A stretch of 64,000 nucleotides of DNA from an uncultured Acidobacteriota bacterium (GTDB taxonomy: Bacteria; Acidobacteriota; UBA6911), in contig CAWJKZ010000014.1 in assembly GCA_963843575.1 (NCBI GenBank), forward strand, positions 672,001 to 736,000, written 5' to 3'. Positions within the stretch are counted from its first letter, which is position 1, and each line of letters opens with the position of its first letter. Shown piece after piece: positions 1 through 9,047 of this stretch. The notes under the pieces were generated by a model that did not search any database, was not told the DNA's origin, and was given only the letters and a program-made list of their open reading frames with translations. The position numbers were made by a program, and so were the translations under genes.

Positions 1-82
1 GATTTTCAGCCATTCGGGAGGGGCCGGACCGGGATTGTCCGGCTTCTGCCGCGGCGAGCGCGGGCGCGGGTGTCAAGGGCTC

Positions 83-1264
83 TCAGCCCGTTGCCAATAT
101 TTTGACGGTCTCCTCGGGACTGTCGGCAAAGCAGACCCTGTTGCGGCCCTCTCGTTTTGCGCGATACAGGGCGGCATCGGAAGCAAGTATCACCTGGTGC
201 GCGTCGAGACCGTCGAAGGCGGTATACGAGGCGATGCCGATGCTGACGCTGAGGCGGACGTCCATCTGCGGAAAAACGAATGTGTGGTCGGCCACCGAGC
301 ATCTCAAGTGCTCCGCCACCCGGTGGGCGCCGGACGCCGGCGTGTTCGGCAGCAGTATCGTGAACTCCTCTCCGCCATAGCGGGCCACGAAATCGGTGAC
401 CCTTAGCCTCGACCGCAGCAAGACGGCCACCTGGCGCAGGGCGTCGTCACCCGCCTGGTGGCCGAGGGTGTCGTTAACCCGCTTGAAGAAATCCAAGTCC
501 AGCATCAGGCAGCTCAAGGTCCCACCGTAACGCCGGCAGCGCGCCACTTCGGCCTCGAGCTGTTCCATGAGGCGCCTCCGGTTATGGAGACCTGTCGCTT
601 CGTCCGTGTTCGCCTGTTCCTTGAGGCGTTGGTTCAGCTGCGTCAGCCGCAGGTCCCTCTGACGTAACTGCTCGTTGGCGGCCGACAGTTGCTGCCTCGT
701 AAGGATGTTCTGCAGCGAAGATGACAGGTGGGCGGAGACGAGACACGCCAGGTGGTAGTCGATCTTGCTGAAACGTTTGGGGCGTGTGGATTCGATGTGC
801 AGGGCCGCAAAGACCTCGCCCATGGCCTGGCACGGCAACACTATGACCGAAGCGGCCCCGTGCGGTGTTCCGGCCGGGTTCCCGCGTCTGGCCGTCGTGA
901 CGTCGGAGATCCACAGCGGCGCGCCCGCCTTGAGCACACTACCTACGTAACCCTGGTCAAGCGGAAAGGTCTCATAGTTGTCACGGTCGCCGGACCCGGA
1001 CAGCGCCCAGCGGCGGTAGGATCTGCCGTTCCTGAAGCAGATGTACACCGACTCTTCGGGGAGCCAGTTCTGGAAGGTGTCCCCGAGGCACCGTTTGAGC
1101 TCCTCGAGGTCCTCCGCCACGTTCATGCGCGTGGCCAGTTCGTTCATGGCCAGCAGGTCCCGATAGACTTCGAGCCCGCGTTCCTCGGTAGGAACGCTTT
1201 CGCGCAGGGCCTTCAGAAACCCTTTGCTGCGGATCGCAGGTGGGGGGACAACGCCATAGCTCAT
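83..1264 (-). CDS. GAF-domain diguanylate cyclase
   Basis: ORF 393 aa; GAF-like region (GYVGSVLKAGAPLWISDV), coiled coil, DxATGLHNRR, DLDFFKRVNDTLGH, ARYGGEEF with RxxD I-site (RVTD). Confidence 0.93.
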   Translation of the reverse strand: MSYGVVPPPAIRSKGFLKALRESVPTEERGLEVYRDLLAMNELATRMNVAEDLEELKRCLGDTFQNWLPEESVYICFRNGRSYRRWALSGSGDRDNYETFPLDQGYVGSVLKAGAPLWISDVTTARRGNPAGTPHGAASVIVLPCQAMGEVFAALHIESTRPKRFSKIDYHLACLVSAHLSSSLQNILTRQQLSAANEQLRQRDLRLTQLNQRLKEQANTDEATGLHNRRRLMEQLEAEVARCRRYGGTLSCLMLDLDFFKRVNDTLGHQAGDDALRQVAVLLRSRLRVTDFVARYGGEEFTILLPNTPASGAHRVAEHLRCSVADHTFVFPQMDVRLSVSIGIASYTAFDGLDAHQVILASDAALYRAKREGRNRVCFADSPEETVKILATG

Positions 1265-1345
1265 CTCCGGTGCGAGCTGCCGGCACCTCTTCCGGGCAAG
1301 CGGCAGCCAGGGACACGCCCTGACCGCCGTCGCTCAGTGCCGGGA

Positions 1346-2599
1346 TTAGCGCTTCATGTTGATCGCATCCTGGTAAAGCTCGTCCGTGGTGCTGATGACC
1401 CGGGAGTTCGCCTGATAGCCTCTCTGTGCGATGATCAGGGTCGTGAACTCCTGAGCGATGTCCACGTTGGACTGCTCGAGCGAGCTGCCGCTGATGGTTC
1501 CGCGTCCACCGCTCCCCGGGGCGCCTACAGACGCTTCCCCGGAGGCGAGCGAACTCACGAAGGTGGTCCCTTTGAATTTCAGCAGACCCTCGACGTTGGC
1601 GAAATTTGCCAGCGCGAGCTGTGCGATCGCCTGCACCTGGCCGTTGTCATAGATGCCGTTGACGACGCCCGTGTTGTCGAAGCTGATGTCCTTCAGCACG
1701 CTCGAGGTGTAGCCGTCCTGATTTGTGGATGACACCGCCGAGATCGAGGCGAATCCCGTCAGCCGGGGCGTGCCGCTGTCGTCGAGGAGCCCGAGGCTGA
1801 TCGGTCAAGTCGGCGGCGCCGCTCGCCAGGCCGGTGATCGTAAGATCGGGGTTGTCGGTCGGCGCCGTGAGGATCCCGTTCTCATCGAAAGTCAAGGCTG
1901 CCGTTGCCTACCGACACGGGCGGCGCCGTCGCCAACCCTCCGGTGTCCACCGCCGGAATCGTTGCATCCCAGTTCCACGCGCCCGGCCCGGTATTGGTGA
2001 ACGTCAGGGTGACCGCGTGGGTCGCGCCCACGGAGTCAAAGACCTGGACCGCGGCGGAAAAGGCGTCCGTTGACGGCCGTCCGGCTGTCGAGATTCGCGA
2101 CGATGCTGGCGGAGGAGGTGGTCTTCGGAGGCATCGCGCTTCCCTTGAGCACCGTGATCGGCACGAGCACGCTGTTCTGCCCGACGACGCCGTCGACCGC
2201 CGGATACCCGAGCACCTGGAAACCCTCCGCGCTGACAAGCTTACCGTCGCGCGTCAGCCCGAAGTTGCCGGCGCTCGAGTACGCCTCCCCGTCCCCGGTC
2301 GAAACGATGAAGAACCCGTTACCGCTGACGGCCGCGTCGGTCGATTTGCCCGTGTACTGGATCGAACCCTGGCTGAAGAAGGGCGACACGCTGGGGACAA
2401 AACTGCCCAGCCCTATCTGGATCGGGTTGCCGTTCCCGGAGCTGTCGCTCGAACTGCTGAGGAGCTCGGCAAACGTGGCCTTGCTGGCCTTGTACCCCGT
2501 TGAGTTGATGTTGGCGAGGTTGTTGCCGATGACATTGAGCTGCAGTGCGTTGTTGTTGAGACCCGTCAACGCTGCGTTGAAGGCGGATGTGAGAGGCAT
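1346..2599 (-). CDS. flgE: Flagellar hook protein FlgE (split by several frameshifts)
   Basis: N-term [28 protein letters not shown] after an AGGAG RBS; C-term [31 protein letters not shown] in ORF 1346..1735; middle pieces lie in other frames. Confidence 0.92.
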
Positions 2600-2612
2600 T
2601 TGTGTCTCCTGT

Positions 2613-2902
2613 TTACGCGGATTGGGTTGTTCGGTACCGGTGCCGGTGGCCGGGTCGATGAACTCCGTTATGCTGGTGACCCCTTTGTTTATGGCAATCA
2701 ACTGCTCGAGCGAACTGAACGTGGCCAGCTGGGCCACGAATTCTTCGTTCTTTAGCGGATTCAGGGGATCCTGATTCTGCAGCTGGGCGACGAGGAGTTT
2801 CAGGAACTCGTCCTTTCCGAGCTCCTGCAGGTCTTTCGGTGGTCGTTGTCGCGTGTCGCTTGCGGCTGTCGGGGTATAGCTGATCGAGTTTATGCCGGTC
2901 AT
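2613..2902 (-). CDS. flgD: Flagellar hook capping protein FlgD, short form (~96 aa)
   Basis: [40 protein letters not shown] motif; a TAA at 2613-2615 precedes the flgE RBS (one indel makes the ORF track fuse it to flgE). Confidence 0.88.
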
Positions 2903-3402
2903 TATGTGAGCTCCGTGGAAGGCACACGCGGGAGAGGCTTGCCGGTGGAGTCCACCGGACAGCTGGTGACCCAGTTGAGATCCATGTTAGCGGGAACGGT
3001 ACCCGTCCAGTCGAGCGTCACGAGGGCCGCCTCCGAATACGTTTCCACAAATTTCGTCCGCGCCGCCGGGTTGGACGCCCACTCGCCCGGCGCGTGCGTG
3101 CTGAAGTAGACTGCCCACTCCGAATCGCCCCCCACGTCCAGGACCTGCCGCGTCTCGGCGGCGAACGGGTTGGTGGCTGCCGGGGAGGTGCGGCTTGATG
3201 CCTCCGAGGTGGTGCTGACGCTGGGGGTCTGGGCATCCCGCGATGTCGCGACGGGCTCCCGGACCGAGGCGTTCACTTGCGCGGTCGCCGAAGCGAGGCT
3301 GTGTGAGAATTTGCCCTCGGTCGACTCGGACTTCTGCGCAATCCCCCGCGCTACCGCTGATGACACCGCCATACCGGACATGTTCGGGAATTCGGTTCTC
3401 AC
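2902..3402 (-). CDS. Hypothetical protein (166 aa) heading the flgD-flgE unit
   Basis: GTG start with AGGAG RBS, TAATG stop/start overlap with flgD, Ser/Thr/Ala-rich N-half and Trp-rich C-terminal domain. Confidence 0.75.
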   Translation of the reverse strand: MRTEFPNMSGMAVSSAVARGIAQKSESTEGKFSHSLASATAQVNASVREPVATSRDAQTPSVSTTSEASSRTSPAATNPFAAETRQVLDVGGDSEWAVYFSTHAPGEWASNPAARTKFVETYSEAALVTLDWTGTVPANMDLNWVTSCPVDSTGKPLPRVPSTELT

Positions 3403-3460
3403 GGATCGCTTCTCCTATAGGGTGTTTGTTGTCTCGCCGGACCCGCGCGCAACAAGTTGG

Positions 3461-3476
3461 TGCAAGTCGCGTGCCA
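3461..3476 (-). promoter_or_regulatory. Sigma54 -24/-12 promoter
   Basis: Minus strand reads TGGCACGCGACTTGCA, matching TGGCACG-N4-TTGCW, ~60 bp upstream of ORF 2902..3402. Confidence 0.88.
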
Positions 3477-3577
3477 ATCCGAGGCATTCCCGCGGACAGG
3501 GGTGGCAACGTGCTCGTAATGCTTCGTTTGAAGGTGTTTCCCGTCGCGGTGTGTCGTTGGACATCAGGATCTCCCGA

Positions 3578-3608
3578 GGCAAGAGTTGCCGGGTAGGCAG
3601 TTTATGCA
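3578..3608. promoter_or_regulatory. Candidate enhancer (UAS) boxes GGCA-N5-TGC(C/A)
   Basis: GGCAAGAGTTGCC (3578-3590) and GGCAGTTTATGCA (3596-3608), ~100-130 bp upstream of the sigma54 promoter; similar box at 12172. Confidence 0.5.
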
Positions 3609-5445
3609 ACGGTGTGAAACGTACTGTTCGGGCCGAGCACGCCCAGGACAGATGGATCTACGGCGATTTCACCCGACGGCCCCGCGGAGACATCGGGGTG
3701 GGAGGTCCCGGTCCTGCGCTCTGACCACGATCCCGCCTGGTGTTGCTGTCCCGCCGACTGGCGCGGGTCAAAGGGCTGGGCGATCACGTCGAGGCGATCC
3801 ACCCGCAGGCCCTGATCGTGGAGCGCTTGCTCGAGGACGTGAAGGTTGCCTTCAAGGTATTGTTTGACGGCTGTCGACTCCGTCACGATTCGGGCCACGA
3901 CGCCGGCGACCCCGGGCTCGGCGCTGATCTCGAGCCGGCCCAGGTGCGCGGGCCTCAGCTGAATGCGCAACCCGTTCACCCCGCTTTCCGTCTGGGCCTG
4001 GATGCGCTCCGCGAGTTGCACGATGAACTCGTGCTGGGGCGAGGTGGCGACGGCGGGCGCCGACCGGAGCGTGGACGCGCGCGCCGACCCGGAAACGGCA
4101 TACCCTGCCGCCAGGACCGTGGTTTGCACCGACTCCTGCGGCTGCCGGCGTGCGAGCGGTTCGAACGAGCCGCGCGCCGGAATCCGCGATGCCCCGGTCG
4201 AAGAGCTTCCGAAGCGTTGGGTCTCGGGCTGCAACCTGGACGCGTCGATCCCGCCCCTGTCGTCCGAGGGAGCCGCGGCCTGGGTTTCCGCTTTCGCCGG
4301 CGCGCGCTCACCCCCTGGGGCCCCCTTGTTCGCCGAATTGTCCGGAGCTGCAGGGGCCTCGATCCGTACGGCAGGCTCGGCCAGCCGCGGGAACGAGACT
4401 GATTCCCCCGAAGCCTCGGCCTTAACTGCAGCCTCTGCGGACCAGGGTTCGGCGGGAGTGGCCCGGTCGGACTCGACTACCCCCGCGCGCCCGACGGCTT
4501 TTTCCTGGGTGGAGCGGACTAGCGGCTCTCCTGGGGTGGGTCCGGCCGCGCCATTCGGTCGGACACGGCGACGTTTGGCAGGCTCCCGTCCGACGCAGCG
4601 TCGAGTCGTGAAATCTGGCCGCGCGTCGCCTCCACGAGGGCCTGGCCGCGGGATAGCAGCAACCCACTGCTGCCCAGCCCGGGGGCCTGTTCTGGCAACG
4701 AGAGGGACCCGACCAGACGTCCGTCCCGAACAGCGGACGGGGCTCCCGCGCCGGAATCGGATGGCACTTCGGGCGAAGCGGCTGGGGTGTCGTCCGTGGC
4801 AGCTTGCGCCGCGGGCGTGGCAGCTTGCGCCGCGGGCGTGGCAGCTTGCGCCGCGGGCGTGGCAGCTTGCGCCGCGGGCGTGGCAGCTTGCGCCACGGGC
4901 ATGGCGGCTTGCACCGCGGGCGTGGCAGCTTGCGCCACGGGCATGGCGGCTTGCACCGCGGGCGTGGCAGCTTGCGCCACGGGCATGGCGGCTTGCACCG
5001 CGGGCGTGGCAGCTTGCACCGCGGGCGTGGCGCAGGTCGGGTCGGGCTGCATGTCACAGAGCGGAAACAGCGGCACGGTCGCGGCGAGTGACAGGACGGG
5101 CGCTGCCTGACTTTCCTGGGCCTGCTCAGGATCGGCATTCCCGTCCGGCGGGCTTTCGACAATCGAGGTCGAGCCGGCTTCCGCCGAGATCTCGGTTTCA
5201 GAAGAGTGACCGCCGATGCCGAGGTCCGGCTCAAGCACACCACGGTTCAATAAGATGCCGGCGAGCTGCCCATCGACTTGAGGGTCGGCATCACATTGCT
5301 CCGGGGTCCGCGGCTCCAGTGCCGCACCCGCTTCATTCATCACCGACAGAAAGCCTCCACCGCGATCGGCTTCGGGATCGGCCCGCTCGGTTGCTTCGCC
5401 TGCTGCGGCGGTGGGGAACGGGGTTGCCAGCACATCGATTCTCAC
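3602..5445 (-). CDS. fliK: Flagellar hook-length control protein FliK (frameshifted)
   Basis: GTG start at 5445 with AAGGAG RBS after fliJ; low-complexity Ala/Pro body; C-terminal LRIQLRPAHLGRLEI..LEGNLHVLEQALHDQGLRVDRLDV domain. Confidence 0.88.
4795..5031. repeat. 21-bp tandem repeat, 11 copies plus a partial, inside fliK
   Basis: Unit CGTGGCAGCTTGCGCCGCGGG with variants; encodes ATPA(A/V)QA / AMPVAQA heptads; includes a 42-bp higher-order unit. Confidence 0.97.
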
Positions 5446-5464
5446 GGTGTCTCCTTGGACAGAG

Positions 5465-5911
5465 CTAGTCCTGCCGCCGACCGAGTCGCGAGACCACAAT
5501 TTCGTCGACCGTCTTTTGATCCTGTCGGTTCAGTTCCGTCATGAACTCGGTTCGCTTCCTGGCCTTCAGCGTCTCGATGACCTTCTTGTTCCTGGATGCC
5601 GCGAGCACGGCGTTTTTTTGTTCCTGCAGCTCTTTCTCGAGTCGAACGATGTTGCCGTCGATCGCGTCCGCCTCGCGGCGCAGCCGTTCGAGATAGGGGT
5701 AATAAAGACGGATCTCGTCCTGTTCGGAATTGACGCGCCTCAGCGCTTCCAGCTCACCGAGCGCCTCCAGGTGCTTGCGCACGACCTGTTCCCGGCGCAG
5801 CTGCTCGTTCTGGAGGTTGAACCGGATGCGCGACAGGATGGTCTTTTCCCTTTCTTCGATGTTACCGCGGTGCCGCAGCAGCGTTTCAAGGCTGAAGGAG
5901 AATCCCTTCAT
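5465..5911 (-). CDS. fliJ: Flagellar export protein FliJ
   Basis: MKGFSFSLETLLRHR..., coiled coil, DQKTVDE C-term; follows fliI. Confidence 0.88.
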   Translation of the reverse strand: MKGFSFSLETLLRHRGNIEEREKTILSRIRFNLQNEQLRREQVVRKHLEALGELEALRRVNSEQDEIRLYYPYLERLRREADAIDGNIVRLEKELQEQKNAVLAASRNKKVIETLKARKRTEFMTELNRQDQKTVDEIVVSRLGRRQD

Positions 5912-5912
5912 C

Positions 5913-7241
5913 TCACTTCTCCCGGGCGACGTCCTCGACCGCCGAGAGGGCGGCTTCGATGCCTACCCGCTCGTCGCTCCGTTGCCTGAGGCAGGCGTTC
6001 ACGGCATCGATTTTCTTCAGCGCCTGGTCGATTTTGGGATTGCTTCCCTTGACGTAGGCCCCGATGTTGAGCATGTCCTCAGCCTTGTAGTAGGTCGACA
6101 GCCACTCGCGCACCCGGCCCGCCTTCTCCAGGGCAGCCTGCGAGACGAGGTCGGGCATGAGACGGCTGACGCTGGCAAGGATGTCTATGCAGGGGTAGTG
6201 ATTCCGCCAGGCAAGCTCGCGGCTGAGCACGATGTGCCCGTCGAGCAGCGACCGAACGGCGTCGGCCACCGGCTCGTTCATGTCATCCCCTTCGACCAGC
6301 ACCGTGTAGAACCCGGTAATGCTCCCGCCCGAGCGGAAGTTGCCGGCTCGTTCCAGCAACCGTGGCAGCAACGAGAAGACCGAAGGGGTGTACCCCTTGG
6401 CCGAGGGGGGTTCCCCCGCCGCAAGCCCCACTTCGCGCTGGGCCATGGCAAACCGGGTCAACGAGTCCATCACGAGCAGCACGTCTTTGCCCTGATCCCG
6501 GAAATACTCGGCGATCGTCGTCGCGACGAGGGCGGCACGGATTCTCAGCAGGGGGGGCTGATCGGAGGTGGAAACGACGACCACCGAACGCTTCAGCCCT
6601 TCCTCCCCGAGGTCTTTCTCGATAAAGCCGCGGACTTCACGGCCACGCTCGCCCACCAGCGAGATGATGTTGACGTCGGCGGAGGTGAACCGGGCCATCA
6701 TGCCGAGCAGGGTGCTCTTCCCAACCCCGCTGCCCCCGAAGATGCCGATCCGCTGGCCTTTGCCGCAGGTCAGCAGGCCGTCGATCGCACGGATGCCCGT
6801 CCCCAGCATCTCGTCGATGTTCTGACGTTCGAGGGGATTGGTGCCGGAATGCTGCAGCGGGTATCGTTCGGCAGCCGCGATCGGCCCGAGGCCGTCGATA
6901 GGATTACCGAGCGCATCGATGACACGGCCCAGGAGCGCCGACGACACGGGCACGGTCGCCTGCTTTTTGCGGCAGACCACCTTGTCACCGAGTTTCACCC
7001 CGTCCACCTTGAAGAGCGGCATCGACACGACGTAGTTGTCCCGGAAGCCGATAACCTCGGCCGGAATCGCTTCGGTGCCATCGCCGCCCGCGATCTCACA
7101 GAGCTCACCCACCGAAACCGGGGGTCCCTGGGATTCGACGACGATCCCTATGGCCCGTTTCACCGACCCGACCGTCTTGATCAGGTTCATGTGGCGGAGC
7201 TTTTCCAGGTAGACGCTCAGGTCGATCTCCGGGTCGCTCAT
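5913..7241 (-). CDS. fliI: Flagellar export ATPase FliI
   Basis: GIFGGSGVGKST Walker A, GERGREV, MDSLTRFAMAQRE; ATG at 7241 overlaps the fliH stop. Confidence 0.96.
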   Translation of the reverse strand: MSDPEIDLSVYLEKLRHMNLIKTVGSVKRAIGIVVESQGPPVSVGELCEIAGGDGTEAIPAEVIGFRDNYVVSMPLFKVDGVKLGDKVVCRKKQATVPVSSALLGRVIDALGNPIDGLGPIAAAERYPLQHSGTNPLERQNIDEMLGTGIRAIDGLLTCGKGQRIGIFGGSGVGKSTLLGMMARFTSADVNIISLVGERGREVRGFIEKDLGEEGLKRSVVVVSTSDQPPLLRIRAALVATTIAEYFRDQGKDVLLVMDSLTRFAMAQREVGLAAGEPPSAKGYTPSVFSLLPRLLERAGNFRSGGSITGFYTVLVEGDDMNEPVADAVRSLLDGHIVLSRELAWRNHYPCIDILASVSRLMPDLVSQAALEKAGRVREWLSTYYKAEDMLNIGAYVKGSNPKIDQALKKIDAVNACLRQRSDERVGIEAALSAVEDVAREK

Positions 7242-7945
7242 TGATTGGCAGTGGTCCCTTCGAAAAAGCCTCGTTCCAGTTCCCGGAACTCCTCTTCGAT
7301 GCGCGCGTCGACGTCCCCGCACTGGGTCCTCACCACGCACCCGCCGCGCTCGATAGCCTTGTCCGCGAACAGGACGACTTCCCGCACATGCTCATCCGCC
7401 GCCAGGAGATCGCCCTTGTGCTCGACCAGGTAGTCGTAATCCACGGGGTTCAGGTGCACGGTGACTGCCGACTTCTCGGCCGCGTGGCTGAGGGCCACCC
7501 TGACGAGTGTCTGGACGATCTCGCGGTCCGCCTGGATTTCCCGGTGCACGATCCTCCGCGCCACCTCCAGGGACAGTTTGACCACCTGTCGCTCGACATC
7601 CTTGTAGAGCTTCGACTTCACCTTCCCGAGTTCGCACAGCGCGTCCGCATACCGCCGCATCAGCCCGTCGAGCTTTGCTTCGGCGCTCTCCCTGCCGACC
7701 TGCTCGCCCTGGAGTACGCCGCGCTCGTACGCCGCCTTCTCGACTTCGGCCAGGTTCACCTCCAGGGGCACGGCCGGGGAAATGGCCGCCTCGGACCCCG
7801 CCATCGGAGAGACCGCTTCCGCCACCCGCATCCACGCAGGGATCTCGGCCGTCTCGGGCGAACTTCCCTGGACCGGCGCTTCAAAGGAAAACGGCCGGAT
7901 CCTCTTCGCCAACGGTGAGTCCTGTTTTATGATTTTGACCGCCAT
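7238..7945 (-). CDS. fliH: Flagellar assembly protein FliH
   Basis: AYERGxxQGxxxG repeats, VHLNPVD, IERGGCVVRTQCGDVDARIE. Confidence 0.92.
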   Translation of the reverse strand: MAVKIIKQDSPLAKRIRPFSFEAPVQGSSPETAEIPAWMRVAEAVSPMAGSEAAISPAVPLEVNLAEVEKAAYERGVLQGEQVGRESAEAKLDGLMRRYADALCELGKVKSKLYKDVERQVVKLSLEVARRIVHREIQADREIVQTLVRVALSHAAEKSAVTVHLNPVDYDYLVEHKGDLLAADEHVREVVLFADKAIERGGCVVRTQCGDVDARIEEEFRELERGFFEGTTANQ

Positions 7946-7968
7946 TTTGACTTTCGCGTCGCTCCTGA

Positions 7969-7991
7969 GGGGTGCGGCGTCCCGACGCCGC
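7969..7991. repeat. REP-like hairpin in the fliG-fliH spacer
   Basis: GGGGTGCGGCGTC-CC-GACGCCGC, related to the GGAGTGCGGC...GCCGC REP core seen at 16.8, 54.3 and 58.1 kb. Confidence 0.5.
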
Positions 7992-8030
7992 CCATCCATG
8001 CAATCCCGGGAAACTCGTCCCCAAGCATCG

Positions 8031-9044
8031 TCATGTCACGTACTCGTCCCCGCCGCCGCCCTTGAGGTTGACGACACCGTCCTCGTCGAGCTTCCGCACG
8101 ATGCTCACGATCTGCTGCTGCGCGGCCTCGACTTCCTTCAGCTTGATCGGGCCCATCACGTCCATGTCTTCGCGGAGCATCTCGACCGCGCGCGACGACA
8201 TGTTTCGGAAGAACTGGGTCTTGAGTTCGTCGCCGCACCCCTTCAGCGCAACCGTCAGCGCCTTCTTGTCGAGCCGCTGGATGATTTCGCGCATTCCCTG
8301 GTCGTCGATCAGCATCACGTCCTCGAAGACGAACATGAGGTTGCGGATGCTCAAAGCCAGCGGGGGGTTGTCGGTTTCGATCCTTTCCAGGATGGAAGCC
8401 GCCGCCTTGGTGTCCATGCGGTTGATCAGCTCGGCGACGGCGCGTACGCCGCCGTACGATTCGCGGCTGAAGTCGCCCAGCGACCGCAGCTTCTGCTCGA
8501 GGATGGTCGTGATCTTGTTGATGATGTCCGGCGAAATCTGTTCGAGGTTGGCCATGCGCATGACGACATCCGCCCGGAGCTGCGCCGGGAGCGAGCCGAG
8601 CAGGGCCGCAGCCTGCGACGAGTTCAGGTGAGCCAGCACCAGCGCAATCGTCTGCGGCTGTTCCGACTGTATAAACCTCGACAGCTGCGCGGGGTCGGCT
8701 TTCTGCAGGCTGTCGAACCCGACGATCGTGCCCTGCAGGGAGATGTTGAGGCGGTCGAGCAGCTTCTTGGAAGACTCGTTCCCAAACGCCTTCACCAGGA
8801 GTTTCTTGGCAAAATCGGCCCCACCCTGAGCCAGGCAGTTCTGCGCCATGTTCATGCGGTGAAACTCTTCCAGGACGTTGTCGGCGATTTCGGGATCGAT
8901 TTTGCCGAGACGCGAAATCTCCTTGCTGAGCTCCTGGATCTCATCCTCCTGGAGGTAGCGGAAGATGTTTGCGCTGGGCTCATCTCCCAACAGCACCATC
9001 AGAATCGCGGCCTTTTTAATCCCGGCAATCTGTTCCGTCGTCAC
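8031..9044 (-). CDS. fliG: Flagellar motor switch protein FliG
   Basis: KKAAILM, EQPQTIALVLAHL, GGVRAVAELIN, MFVFED, NMSSRA motifs. Confidence 0.97.
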   Translation of the reverse strand: MTTEQIAGIKKAAILMVLLGDEPSANIFRYLQEDEIQELSKEISRLGKIDPEIADNVLEEFHRMNMAQNCLAQGGADFAKKLLVKAFGNESSKKLLDRLNISLQGTIVGFDSLQKADPAQLSRFIQSEQPQTIALVLAHLNSSQAAALLGSLPAQLRADVVMRMANLEQISPDIINKITTILEQKLRSLGDFSRESYGGVRAVAELINRMDTKAAASILERIETDNPPLALSIRNLMFVFEDVMLIDDQGMREIIQRLDKKALTVALKGCGDELKTQFFRNMSSRAVEMLREDMDVMGPIKLKEVEAAQQQIVSIVRKLDEDGVVNLKGGGGDEYVT

Positions 9045-9047
9045 CGT

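Noticed and set aside
2036-2902. Apparent FlgD-FlgE fusion ORF (288 aa)
   Set aside because: A TAA followed by AGGAG and ATG sits at the junction in an adjacent frame; one indel explains the fusion.
4795-5031. Possible CRISPR array
   Set aside because: Units are contiguous 21-mers with no unique spacers, in frame within fliK, and there are no cas genes.
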